In this document: positions 38,168 through 47,008 of the stretch, one piece after another
How the letters are laid out: the number at the start of each line of letters is the position of its first letter
Position numbering within the stretch: position 1 is the stretch's first letter
The notes under the pieces: generated by a model
Databases searched by the model: none
Told to the model about the DNA's origin: nothing
The model's input: the letters and a program-made list of their open reading frames with translations, nothing else
Program-made: the position numbers and the translations under genes
From: Candidatus Krumholzibacteriota bacterium
Lineage (GTDB): Bacteria > Krumholzibacteriota > Krumholzibacteriia > JAJRXK01
DNA length: 64,000 nucleotides
Reading direction: 5' to 3'
Assembly (NCBI GenBank): GCA_963806035.1
Contig: CAWDWO010000016.1
Location: forward strand, 10,581 to 74,580

Positions 38168-41100
38168 TTGCGATTTCTCAAACACCGGTGGGAACCGAAA
38201 TTGAGCAAGCCCGAGAAGCTGAGCAGTCGGCCTGCGCCCTCATCTGCGGGGCAGCTCCTTTTGGCGTTGATCTGCGCCCTGCTGGCCCTGTCGGCGGCGG
38301 TTGCCGCGCAGGGCGAAGAGGCCCCTCCCTTCGCGCGTTTCACCCCGCTGTTGCCGCCCGAATCGCTGGCCCAGGGTCCCCAAGGCGTGGCCAGTTTGGA
38401 GCAGGCGGAGGGGGCGCTGGATGAGCTCACCGCCCGCACCGCGACCCAGCCTCACCGGCTTCAAAACTGGACCCACGCGACCATTCTTCAGCTGACCCTC
38501 GATCGTCCCTTCGCGGCCCTGAGAACTCTGGAACGCGCCGGAGAATTTTCCTGGTCTTCGGCGGAGAAGCTGCAGCTGGACTTCCTGGAAGCCGCGGCGC
38601 AGCTCGCGGTGGAGCCGCTGGAGAACGATGCCCTGGTGGGAGAGGATCACCTGGCGCGGGCCCGTGAAATCCTTCAGGAGCTCAAAAGTCATCCCGATAC
38701 CGAGCTGCCCGCCAGCTTCGGGCTGGCCTGGATCGCATGCGAGATGGGGCACCCCTCCGCGGCGCAGGAGCTTCTCAACTCGAGGCATGATCTTCCACCA
38801 CGGGCCGAGCAACGGCTCTGGGAAGCAATGGTCCGCGCCAGTGGGTCCACCATGGACAGCTGGCTTCCCCATTTCGAACGAGCGCTCGCTCGGCACGACC
38901 GTATGCGACTCTCCGCCGCCGCGCGTCTGGCGCCCGGCCCCTTGCTCCTGTACTTGCAGCAGGCACTGGACGAGCCGATCGAGGAGGGGCTGGCCCTGGG
39001 CAGGGGAGGCAAGGCGGTGGACTTTTCCGCGGTCGACTCCCTGCTGAAGCAGATCGACGAGCCCTTTCCCGGAGCCTATGCGGGAGTGCGCAACCGCATG
39101 AAGAGTATCCGGAAGCTGGATGCGCGGGAGGGAAGCCTGGCGCTGCGACTGGTGCAGGAGCTGCATCGCTTCGACAGCACCTTCGGCAATCTGGATCTCC
39201 CCTGGGAGAAGCGCTGCCAGAAGGCGGTCCAGCTCTCCACGGCCAAGGCCGACACCTGCGAGGCCCTGGGCCTCTGGTACCTCGCGGGGCGCTGGCACTG
39301 GGGTCGCGGCTACGCGCAGGCGCAGCTGGGGCATCCTCTGCAACAATTGAGCGAATACGAAGACGCGCTGGCGGCGGCCAAGAAGCTGGATGATGCCGCC
39401 TATCTCTCCAAGACCGCCTTCAACCTCTTCATGGTGTGCGACGAAACCGCGAAGCAGGCGCAGCGATTGGAGCTGCTTCCCCTCCTGGTCGAACTCGCCG
39501 ATCGGACGGGGGTTTCGGTCGCGGAGGTCCTCATTGCTGAAGGCCGAGCCTACGAGGACCTCGGTGATCTGAAGCGTGCCTGGCGGCTCACGACCCAAGC
39601 CTACCGAGAGAGCCGGCGTCATGGCGCGCCGTACACTTCGATCAGCGCACTCTCCAATCTGGCGTGGTTGGCCTTCCGCCGGAGCGAGAATCAGAAGGTG
39701 CAGCGCTACGCACATGAGATTCTCGCGAGAACGGAACCCGAGAATCTTCCGAAGAACCTTCCATCGTACCGGGAGACCATGTCCGCTATGCGGACCTGGG
39801 CCATGTTGGATCTCGGCCGGGCTCTGCCTTCGCACGATCCCGAGCGGTTGAAGTGGTACGAGAAGGCCGAGAAATCGGCTCGAGGCCAGGAACAGTTTGC
39901 TCAGCTTTTGCACATCCGTCTGGCCCGGGCAGAAGAATTTTTGGCCGAGAAAAATCTTGATGCCGCGCGGAAGTCGCTCCGCTCCGCCCGCACTCTCGCG
40001 CGGGACCACGAGTACCAATACGGCCTCTGGCGAATCGATGCGCTCCAGGCGCGTTGCGAGAGCCTGCAGGGGGATTACCCGGCGGCCGCGCGCAGCTACG
40101 AGGCCGCCCTGTCAGGTCTGGAGGGAATCAGCGCGCACATCAACGACGCCGAACATCGCGCGAGCTTCCTCTTGCCGGCGTCGCGAGTGTTCGAGGAAAC
40201 GATCAGCCTCTTGCGAGGTCCACTGCGTGATCCCGGCGCCGCCTACGCCGTCGATGAACGCGCGCGGGCACGAGCGCTCCTGCAAAAGGTCAGTGGACGC
40301 GTCAGTGGTTCGCAGTTGCGCAGCGCCGCCGAGGTGCAATCCAGCCTGAGCCAGGACCAGATCCTCCTGCAGTACCGTGTGCACGGGGAGGGCATCGACC
40401 TGTGGATTCTCTCCTCGACGGGGCTCCGCTTCGTGGAGATCTCACAGCCTTTGAACGAACTCGAGCAGGGAGTTTCGCAGTGGCGCGAGAGCATCGAGCG
40501 GGGATTTCGCAGTCCATTGGGGGCAGAGCTCGGTTCTCTGCTCCTTGGACCGGCTGCCGGCGAGCTGGCGTCCTGCCAGCAGGTGATCGTGGTCGCGAAT
40601 ACCCCTTTGAGCCGCGCGCCCTTTGCCCTCTTGCAGCTCGACGGGGAGTACCTCCTGCAGCGCCACGCAGTTTCCTTCGAACTCAGTGGCAGTATTCGCT
40701 GCGCATTGTTGAAGAGAAAAGCGCTTCAAGAAGGTAGGGAGGGGCTACTCGCGGTGGGATACGATGGGGGAAACGCGGCGCGAAGTCTGCGACTGCGGGA
40801 ACTTCCCTTCGCGGAAACCGAGGCGAGGATGGTGGAGGCGGCTGCCCCCAGCGGACGAATTCTCTTGGGAGCGGACGCCACGGCGAATCGCGTCGCGGAC
40901 CTGCTTCCCGGGGTCGGAGTTCTCCATCTGGCCGCTCACGCCGGTCTCGACGAGTTCGGTGAGCCCTTCATTTTGCTCGCGCCGCAGGGGCAGGGGGACG
41001 GCTTGATGCGCGGGGAGCAGCTTTCAGCCTGGCCGTTGCAGGACGTTTCTCTGGTCACCCTGGCCGGCTGTGAAACCGCGCAGCTCGGCTCTTCTCAAGT

Positions 41101-41341
41101 GCAGGGCGATCTCTCCTCGCTGGGAGCTTCCATCTTTGCGGGGGGAAGCCGGGACCTAATTGCGTCTTTATGGAGTGTGGGGGACGACTCGACCATGAAA
41201 CTGATGGCATCGTTCTATCGTGAGCTTTTCGAGTCGCGCCGTCCTCCAGTGCAAGCACTCCGGCACGCTCAACTGGAATTGGCACGTTCCAACGGGACTC
41301 TTGAACGTGAGTGGGGTGCGTTCTGCTTCTTCGGCCCTTGA
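38168..41341 (+). CDS. TPR-CHAT domain caspase-like protease with N-terminal signal peptide or anchor
   Basis: Hydrophobic LLLALICALLALSAAVAA|Q; long TPR-like helical region; ERARARALL; CHAT motifs PFALL, LPFAETEA, LHLAAH (His), LVTLAGCET (Cys), ASLWSV.D, ALR.AQL, W.AF; start may be TTG 38201. Confidence 0.9.
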   Translation: MRFLKHRWEPKLSKPEKLSSRPAPSSAGQLLLALICALLALSAAVAAQGEEAPPFARFTPLLPPESLAQGPQGVASLEQAEGALDELTARTATQPHRLQNWTHATILQLTLDRPFAALRTLERAGEFSWSSAEKLQLDFLEAAAQLAVEPLENDALVGEDHLARAREILQELKSHPDTELPASFGLAWIACEMGHPSAAQELLNSRHDLPPRAEQRLWEAMVRASGSTMDSWLPHFERALARHDRMRLSAAARLAPGPLLLYLQQALDEPIEEGLALGRGGKAVDFSAVDSLLKQIDEPFPGAYAGVRNRMKSIRKLDAREGSLALRLVQELHRFDSTFGNLDLPWEKRCQKAVQLSTAKADTCEALGLWYLAGRWHWGRGYAQAQLGHPLQQLSEYEDALAAAKKLDDAAYLSKTAFNLFMVCDETAKQAQRLELLPLLVELADRTGVSVAEVLIAEGRAYEDLGDLKRAWRLTTQAYRESRRHGAPYTSISALSNLAWLAFRRSENQKVQRYAHEILARTEPENLPKNLPSYRETMSAMRTWAMLDLGRALPSHDPERLKWYEKAEKSARGQEQFAQLLHIRLARAEEFLAEKNLDAARKSLRSARTLARDHEYQYGLWRIDALQARCESLQGDYPAAARSYEAALSGLEGISAHINDAEHRASFLLPASRVFEETISLLRGPLRDPGAAYAVDERARARALLQKVSGRVSGSQLRSAAEVQSSLSQDQILLQYRVHGEGIDLWILSSTGLRFVEISQPLNELEQGVSQWRESIERGFRSPLGAELGSLLLGPAAGELASCQQVIVVANTPLSRAPFALLQLDGEYLLQRHAVSFELSGSIRCALLKRKALQEGREGLLAVGYDGGNAARSLRLRELPFAETEARMVEAAAPSGRILLGADATANRVADLLPGVGVLHLAAHAGLDEFGEPFILLAPQGQGDGLMRGEQLSAWPLQDVSLVTLAGCETAQLGSSQVQGDLSSLGASIFAGGSRDLIASLWSVGDDSTMKLMASFYRELFESRRPPVQALRHAQLELARSNGTLEREWGAFCFFGP

Positions 41342-41364
41342 TTCCTCGTTTCAGGAGGCGCGCG

Positions 41365-42036
41365 ATGAGTCATTTCAAGCTCAGCGATCCAAAACGCGAT
41401 AACCCTCTCATTCCCGATGCCGACAAAGACAAAGATGCCTGTCTCTCGGTGCGAACCGGCAAGATGTCCTTCATTCAGTACGGCTTCAAGCAGGATCCCG
41501 GTCTCGGGGTGAAGGGAAAATTCGACAGCAATAGGGTTGTCCTTCTCGTTCTCAACAATCACAAAAACGTGCACTACGAAATCGAGAGCGAGAGTGACAC
41601 GCAGACCCTCAGCTCACAGAGGATGCAAGATCATGTCTGCATTCTGTGGCCGAAGGATCAGGGAACTCCACCGAAGGAACTCTCTCCGCAGTATCTCTTC
41701 AAGCATCACGAGGAGAATGTCCGGGGAGAAGGCAGGCGCGAGTGGCCGCGCGAGTCGTTCATGTCCGATCAGGGGCCACTCGAGTGGGACGCCGCTCTGG
41801 TCTACCTGGATCCTTCGGGAAACTACGCCTACCACTACCACACCGGTCCGGACAAGTGCACCGACGACTACCGCTTCTCGCTCGAGTCGGGGGAGATCGT
41901 GGCCTGGTTGTGGGAGAACAAGGCGGAGAAGCCCGTACGATTGCTTCCCGCTGGTGAAACGGTGACCCGCGCCATGCAGGCCAAGAGCGGCGGGCCACAG
42001 GGCGAGGGAGGAGCTCTACCCTATCCTCCGGGCTAG
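41365..42036 (+). CDS. Hypothetical 223-aa protein between the CHAT and S8 genes
   Basis: AGGAGG RBS, ATG 23 nt after the CHAT stop codon, coding-like composition; no family recognised; Gly/Pro-rich C-terminal tail. Confidence 0.75.
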   Translation: MSHFKLSDPKRDNPLIPDADKDKDACLSVRTGKMSFIQYGFKQDPGLGVKGKFDSNRVVLLVLNNHKNVHYEIESESDTQTLSSQRMQDHVCILWPKDQGTPPKELSPQYLFKHHEENVRGEGRREWPRESFMSDQGPLEWDAALVYLDPSGNYAYHYHTGPDKCTDDYRFSLESGEIVAWLWENKAEKPVRLLPAGETVTRAMQAKSGGPQGEGGALPYPPG

Positions 42037-42045
42037 GATCCGCAG

Positions 42046-43437
42046 ATGTCAGCGCAAAGGTCTGACAGCAAGGCGGCGCTGCTGGTGCAGGGGGTCTGGC
42101 CCGCGACGGCAGCGCCGCTGCCTATCGGCCGCGCCGAGCTGACGCGCGTTCTCTCCGTTCACAGCGCGAAACTTTCTGCCCGCATCCTGCGCGAACTTCC
42201 CTCGGTGGAGATCATCGGCGCCTGCGCACTGGCCCCTCTGCTCTTGTTGCGCTGCGAACAAGAACAAAGCGCGCGCATCCTGGAAGAACTCGCCAAGTGG
42301 CCGCAAGTCGCGCGGGCGGAGGCGACGCTCCCCGAGGAGGCAATGGAGCGTCTCGAGCCCCACCGCACTCCCATCATCGAAGCAACGGATCCCTGCACTG
42401 CCGGCTTCGTGGATCTCGGCGCACCGCTCATCGCCAGCGCCATGCTCGAGGACCGCGGAAAGCGATTCGGGGGCGCTCTCCGCCCTGCCCGTCAAAGCGA
42501 GAATCTGGTTCCGAATCATTCCGACTCGGTCCTGGCTGCATTCCTGGAAACCCTGGGGCCAGGACGCACCCCCCGATGCATCTTCGAGAGTCTGGATCGC
42601 AGTGCGGGTCCCTTCGCCTGGCTGGCCGCGATCGACCGGCTCTTCTGCCGCGGGGCGAGCGTCGTCAACTTGAGCTACGGCCGTTTGGCCCTCGAACGCG
42701 AATCGGGTTGGGGCGGTTTGGAATGGGGGACCGAGCTCTTGTGCCAGGGGAGCGGTGGCACGGTAGTCGCGGCCGCGGGACGGATCAACGAGGGCCTCAG
42801 CTCGGGCGAATCCCTCTATCTCCCGGCTTCGGCCCCCCACGTGCTGGCCGCGGCGGATGAGCTTAGGGCGAAGGCCACCGCTCCCAGGCAGCAAGCGGCC
42901 AAGCTGCTCCTTGCATCCAGCAGCGATCCCTATGGAGGACGTCGCGGATCTTCCTACTCGGCGCCGCGCATCAGCGCTTTGGCGGTGCAGGCCTACGATG
43001 AGCTTCCGCGCGAGGCGCGTGATTGCGAAACCGTACTCGCCCTGCTCCTCGCCTCGGCCAAGCCCTCGATCCCCGGAGCGCTGAGCCCGGGTTTCCCCGA
43101 TTCGGGACGCCTCACTCGCATCATCGCCGGTGGCGCCTATCGCCGCGGCAGCAAGAACGGGCGGCTCTTGCTGCCCGCGACTCCAGGCTCGCCAACGCGG
43201 ATCGCGGTGAGTTGGCTGGAGAGCGAAGTGGAGCCCCTGCTTCGAGCCTCCTCCGCCCTGGAGCAGCAAATCCTCCGGCGCAGCGAGCAGTGGATGGTAT
43301 TGGACGTTCTGTCGGGGGATGTCGAACTCGAGCTGAGGGATTTATCCGGACCATGGGCCCTCGCCTTTTGTCCGCTGAGCCCCGAAGAATTCCAGATTTC
43401 CCGGAAGGGAGTGGGGAGGGGGCGGCGGGCACCCTGA
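42046..43437 (+). CDS. Divergent subtilisin-like (S8) serine protease
   Basis: Ordered motifs GFVDLG (Asp), NHSDSV (His), VVNLSYG, VVAAAGR, YLPA..PHVL, GSSYSAPRISALA (Ser); N-terminal I9-like prodomain (L.KWPQV..AE). Confidence 0.7.
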   Translation: MSAQRSDSKAALLVQGVWPATAAPLPIGRAELTRVLSVHSAKLSARILRELPSVEIIGACALAPLLLLRCEQEQSARILEELAKWPQVARAEATLPEEAMERLEPHRTPIIEATDPCTAGFVDLGAPLIASAMLEDRGKRFGGALRPARQSENLVPNHSDSVLAAFLETLGPGRTPRCIFESLDRSAGPFAWLAAIDRLFCRGASVVNLSYGRLALERESGWGGLEWGTELLCQGSGGTVVAAAGRINEGLSSGESLYLPASAPHVLAAADELRAKATAPRQQAAKLLLASSSDPYGGRRGSSYSAPRISALAVQAYDELPREARDCETVLALLLASAKPSIPGALSPGFPDSGRLTRIIAGGAYRRGSKNGRLLLPATPGSPTRIAVSWLESEVEPLLRASSALEQQILRRSEQWMVLDVLSGDVELELRDLSGPWALAFCPLSPEEFQISRKGVGRGRRAP

Positions 43438-43536
43438 GGCTCTGCCAGGGGGAGCCTGGGAAGCGTCCTGCAATCGGGACTTTTCTCACTGGCCAATGCG
43501 CATCATATTCACCTGAGCCTCTAGCAGGGAGTGATC

Positions 43537-44559
43537 ATGGTGCGCAAGCCGGTTGTTCTGGTGACGGGAGCCAACGGGGAGATCGGCCACGGACTGATCG
43601 AGAGGATGGCCGTCGACGGAAAGAAAGACGTTCTGGCGATCGATCTTTTGCCCCTCGACGACAACCTACGCTCCTATTGCCACGACGCGTTCGTGGGCAG
43701 CATCCTCGATTCTCATTTGAGCGAGCGCATCGTCAGTCAGTACGAGGTCGTGGAGATCTACCATCTTGCAGCTCTCCTCTCGACGCGAGCAGAGTTCACG
43801 CCCGAGACTGCGCATCAAGTGAACGTCGAGGGCACCCTCGGGCTTCTCCAGCTCGCCCTGGAACAGTCGAGTTGGCGCGGGGAAGCGGTGAAGTTTCTCT
43901 TTCCCAGCTCCATCGCCGTCTATGGACTTCCGGACTCAAAGACCAAGAAACGTGCGGGACGCGTGAAGGAGCACGAGTGGATCGCGCCGACCACCATGTA
44001 TGGTTGTAACAAACTCTATTGCGAGGCCCTGGGCCGCTATTTTTCGCGCTACTACCGCCAGCTCGCTTCCGAGCCCGACCAACGCACCGTGGACTTTCGG
44101 AGCATTCGTTTCCCCGGACTCATTTCCGCAGTCACTCTGCCCAGCGGAGGAACCAGCGATTTTGCACCGGAGATGCTCCACGCCGCCGCGAAGGGCGAAC
44201 CCTACGCGTGCTTCGTGCGTGAAGACACGCAAATTCCCTTCATGGCCATGCCGGACGCAGTCGACGCCATCCTGAGCCTGACGGAGGCTCCGCGGGAGAG
44301 TCTGCGGCATTCGGTGTACAACATCGGCTCCTTCGCGCTCACGGCCGGCGAACTGGCCGCGACGGTGCGCAAGCACTACGCGGGCGCGGACATCAGCTTC
44401 GCCCCCGACTTGAAGCGACAGGGGATCGTGGATACCTGGCCCATGGACGTCAACGACGACGCGGCGCGCGAGGACTGGGGTTTCTCGCCCCGCTACGATC
44501 TCGATCGAGCGTTCACCGAATATCTCGTTCCCGCGATGCGCGAGCGCTACGCGGGCTGA
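43537..44559 (+). CDS. NAD-dependent epimerase/dehydratase, L-threonine 3-dehydrogenase (SDR type)-like
   Basis: VTGANGEIG, YHLAALLS, PSSIAVYG, P.TMYG.NK, RFPGLIS...P.GGTSDFA motifs. Confidence 0.85.
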   Translation: MVRKPVVLVTGANGEIGHGLIERMAVDGKKDVLAIDLLPLDDNLRSYCHDAFVGSILDSHLSERIVSQYEVVEIYHLAALLSTRAEFTPETAHQVNVEGTLGLLQLALEQSSWRGEAVKFLFPSSIAVYGLPDSKTKKRAGRVKEHEWIAPTTMYGCNKLYCEALGRYFSRYYRQLASEPDQRTVDFRSIRFPGLISAVTLPSGGTSDFAPEMLHAAAKGEPYACFVREDTQIPFMAMPDAVDAILSLTEAPRESLRHSVYNIGSFALTAGELAATVRKHYAGADISFAPDLKRQGIVDTWPMDVNDDAAREDWGFSPRYDLDRAFTEYLVPAMRERYAG

Positions 44560-44672
44560 GATCCCAGCACGAGAACTCGAAACTGTCGCCCGGCCTTTCC
44601 GCTGCCTACTTTGGAGCGCGCGCGAGTGCGCCCCTTGAGCATCGTATTGGAAGATTCGCCAGGAGGAATGTG

Positions 44673-46145
44673 ATGAGTGTCTCGGTCTTCGAGAAACTGG
44701 AACCCGCCCTCATTTGGAAACACTTCGAAGCTCTGACGAGCATTCGGCGCCCCTCCGGCGAAGAGGAGCAAGCGCAGGAATATGTACGGAATTGGGCCCG
44801 GGAACATGACTTCGCGCTGCAGGAAGATGCCACCGGCAATCTGGTGGTGAGGGTGCCGGCGAGCCCGGGCAAGGAGAAGGCCCCGGTGGTGATCATCCAG
44901 GGTCATCTCGACATGGTCTGCGAGCGAAATTCGGACAGCCCCTACGATTCCTTCGCGGGCAAGCTCCACCTCCTGCGCGAGGACGACTGGATCAAGGCCG
45001 ACGGCACCACGCTCGGGGCCGACAACGGTATCGGAGTGTGCGCGGGAATGGCGGCGGCGGAGGATCCCGCAGTCCAGCACGGACCTCTCGAACTCCTCTA
45101 CACGATCGACGAAGAGACCGGGATGACGGGCGCGCGCGGACTCTCGACCGAGATGTTGAGCGGCAAGTTGATGCTCAATCTGGATTCAGAGGACGACGAC
45201 CTGATCTTCGTCGGCTGTTCCGGCGGGAAGGATACACAGTACCGCATGCCCATCACCCGCGAAAAAGTGCCCGCGGGACATGTGGTGAGAAAGCTGAGCA
45301 TCGGCGGGTTGAGCGGCGGACACTCCGGACTGGACATCAACCGCAATCGCCTGAATGCGATCAAGGCTCTGGCCCTAATCCTGAATGAAAGCGGCAAGAG
45401 CGCTGATTTCGAGCTGCTCCACATCGAGGGCGGAAAGATGCGTAACGCCATCCCGCGCGAAGCGCATGCCCTCCTCGCACTGGATTCCAAGCAGGAGGAG
45501 GCCCTGCGCAAGGCGGTGGAGGCAGTGGCCACCCAACTTCGCGCGCAGTACGAAAAACTCGAGCCCGGCTTTGGTGTGCAGCTGGAGTCGGCGGATGGGA
45601 AGCTCATGCAGCAGGGAGTCTTCCCGCGCGAATTGAAAGAGCGCTTGCTGGCCTTCCTCATGGCGATCCCCAGCGGAGTGGTGGCGATGAGCCAGGACAT
45701 CGAGGGACTGGTCGAGACCTCGACCAACCTCGGGGTGCTCAAGACCGGCCCGGATGCGCTGGAGGTCGTCTCGTGCTCGCGCTCTTCGCTGGGACCCGCG
45801 CTGAAGGCGGTGCTCGGGCAATTGGCCGCCATCGCGCGGCTGGCTGGCGTGGAGATCGAGGAGGTCGGGGGTTATCCGGGCTGGAAACCCAACATGGATT
45901 CGCGTGCTCTCAAGACGGTGAAGGAGAGCTATGAGAGGCTCTTCGGAGAGGCCCCCCAGGTCACTGCCATCCACGCGGGCCTGGAGTGTGGCCTGATCGG
46001 CGAGCACTTGCCCGGCATCGACATGGTGTCCTTCGGTCCCTCGATTCGGGGAGCCCACTCGCCGGACGAGCGGGTGAGCATTGCCTCAGTCCAGAAGTTC
46101 TATCGGCTCTTGAGCGAAGTGCTGAAAGAGTTGGCCAAGAGCTGA
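44673..46145 (+). CDS. pepD: Aminoacyl-histidine dipeptidase (M20C)
   Basis: QGHLDMVCE, GTTLGADNGIG, DEETGMTGA, NLDSED, GGHSG.DI, NAIPRE, IHAGLECG, AHSPDE motifs. Confidence 0.93.
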   Translation: MSVSVFEKLEPALIWKHFEALTSIRRPSGEEEQAQEYVRNWAREHDFALQEDATGNLVVRVPASPGKEKAPVVIIQGHLDMVCERNSDSPYDSFAGKLHLLREDDWIKADGTTLGADNGIGVCAGMAAAEDPAVQHGPLELLYTIDEETGMTGARGLSTEMLSGKLMLNLDSEDDDLIFVGCSGGKDTQYRMPITREKVPAGHVVRKLSIGGLSGGHSGLDINRNRLNAIKALALILNESGKSADFELLHIEGGKMRNAIPREAHALLALDSKQEEALRKAVEAVATQLRAQYEKLEPGFGVQLESADGKLMQQGVFPRELKERLLAFLMAIPSGVVAMSQDIEGLVETSTNLGVLKTGPDALEVVSCSRSSLGPALKAVLGQLAAIARLAGVEIEEVGGYPGWKPNMDSRALKTVKESYERLFGEAPQVTAIHAGLECGLIGEHLPGIDMVSFGPSIRGAHSPDERVSIASVQKFYRLLSEVLKELAKS

Positions 46146-46169
46146 GTTCCCCGCGGGTTCATGGCGTGC

Positions 46170-46203
46170 TTGATTTTCTTCCTTTATGATCATATGTTCA
46201 TAA
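46170..46203 (+). promoter_or_regulatory. Sigma70-type promoter overlapped by a 20-bp palindromic operator
   Basis: TTGATT (46170-46175), 17-nt spacer, TATGTT (46193-46198); palindrome TTATGA-T-CATATG-T-TCATAA at 46184-46203 (18 of 20 positions symmetric). Confidence 0.65.
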
Positions 46204-46224
46204 CTGTGATCTCGAGGAGGATCC

Positions 46225-46647
46225 ATGCCCCGACCGCAGTCACCCCGCCGCATTTCTGAAGATCTCGCCGCCTTGGTCTTCAAACCGCGTGGCGTGCCGG
46301 CGTGGCAGATGGAGACCCTCGAGCTCACGCTCGATGGACTCGAGGCTTTGCGCCTGGCCGATCTGGAGGGCCTGTATCAGGAGGAAGCGGCGCGGCGCAT
46401 GGGGATTTCCCGGCCCACCTTCGCCCGCATCGTGGCCGAGGCGAGGCAGACCGTGGCCAGAGCTCTGCTGGAAGGCAAGGCCCTGGCGGTGCAGGGGGGG
46501 ATGGTCGAGCGGGGCGCGGACAAGTCGTGGCCCTGTCCCGTCCACGGACAAAGGCGACGGCGAGGACGTGGTTGCCGTTGCGAAGAGTCAAAAGCAGGAG
46601 GCAAGAGTCATGGAGACAGGTCGGCGAACGGTGGCGATCGCCAGTAA
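46225..46647 (+). CDS. DUF134 family HTH protein
   Basis: MPRP...R.I, FKP.G.P, EALRLADLEGL.QEEAA..MGISRPTF.RI...AR..VA.AL..GK motifs; GGAGG RBS. Confidence 0.9.
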   Translation: MPRPQSPRRISEDLAALVFKPRGVPAWQMETLELTLDGLEALRLADLEGLYQEEAARRMGISRPTFARIVAEARQTVARALLEGKALAVQGGMVERGADKSWPCPVHGQRRRRGRGCRCEESKAGGKSHGDRSANGGDRQ

Positions 46648-46996
46648 CGGCACGCTCGGACTGAAGGGCAGCGTCAGCCAGCATTTTGGTCACTGCCGCA
46701 GTTGGGTGTTCGTGGACCTCGAGGGAGAGGAGATTCTCGAGGTGCGGACACTCGCGAACCCTTTCGAGCACGAGCACAGCTGCTCGACGGTGGCGGCGTT
46801 TTTGTCCGAGCAGGGCGCCAAGGTGGTGTTGGCCGGAGGGCTCGGGCGCAACGCGCACGGCCATCTCTTGAGCCTTGGAATCGAGGCCGTGTCCGGGTTC
46901 AGCGGTGGAGTGGAGGAATGCCTGCACTCGTGGATGCAGGGAGTGAAACCGGGACCGGCGGTGTGTGAACACCACGGGCACGGAGAGCATCATTAG
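46610..46996 (+). CDS. NifB/NifX (FeMo-cofactor-binding-like) family protein
   Basis: VAIAS...VS.HFG.C, NP...H, L...G..V.LAGGLG, C-terminal CEHHGH; ATG at 46610 with AGGAGG RBS. Confidence 0.8.
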   Translation: METGRRTVAIASNGTLGLKGSVSQHFGHCRSWVFVDLEGEEILEVRTLANPFEHEHSCSTVAAFLSEQGAKVVLAGGLGRNAHGHLLSLGIEAVSGFSGGVEECLHSWMQGVKPGPAVCEHHGHGEHH

Positions 46997-47008
46997 ATCC
47001 AGAAAGCT

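Noticed and set aside
41365..42036. Bacterial gasdermin next to CHAT and S8 proteases
   Set aside because: The context fits, but I see no N-terminal palmitoylation Cys in the first few residues or other gasdermin-like sequence pattern, and the protein is short. Not called without a structure search.
36373..43437. Type III-E CRISPR (Craspase) locus
   Set aside because: No cas genes and no repeat-spacer array in the window; only the CHAT plus sigma logic is analogous.
46610..46996. Nitrogen fixation gene
   Set aside because: Stand-alone NifB/NifX-family domains are common in non-diazotrophs, and no nifHDK genes are present.
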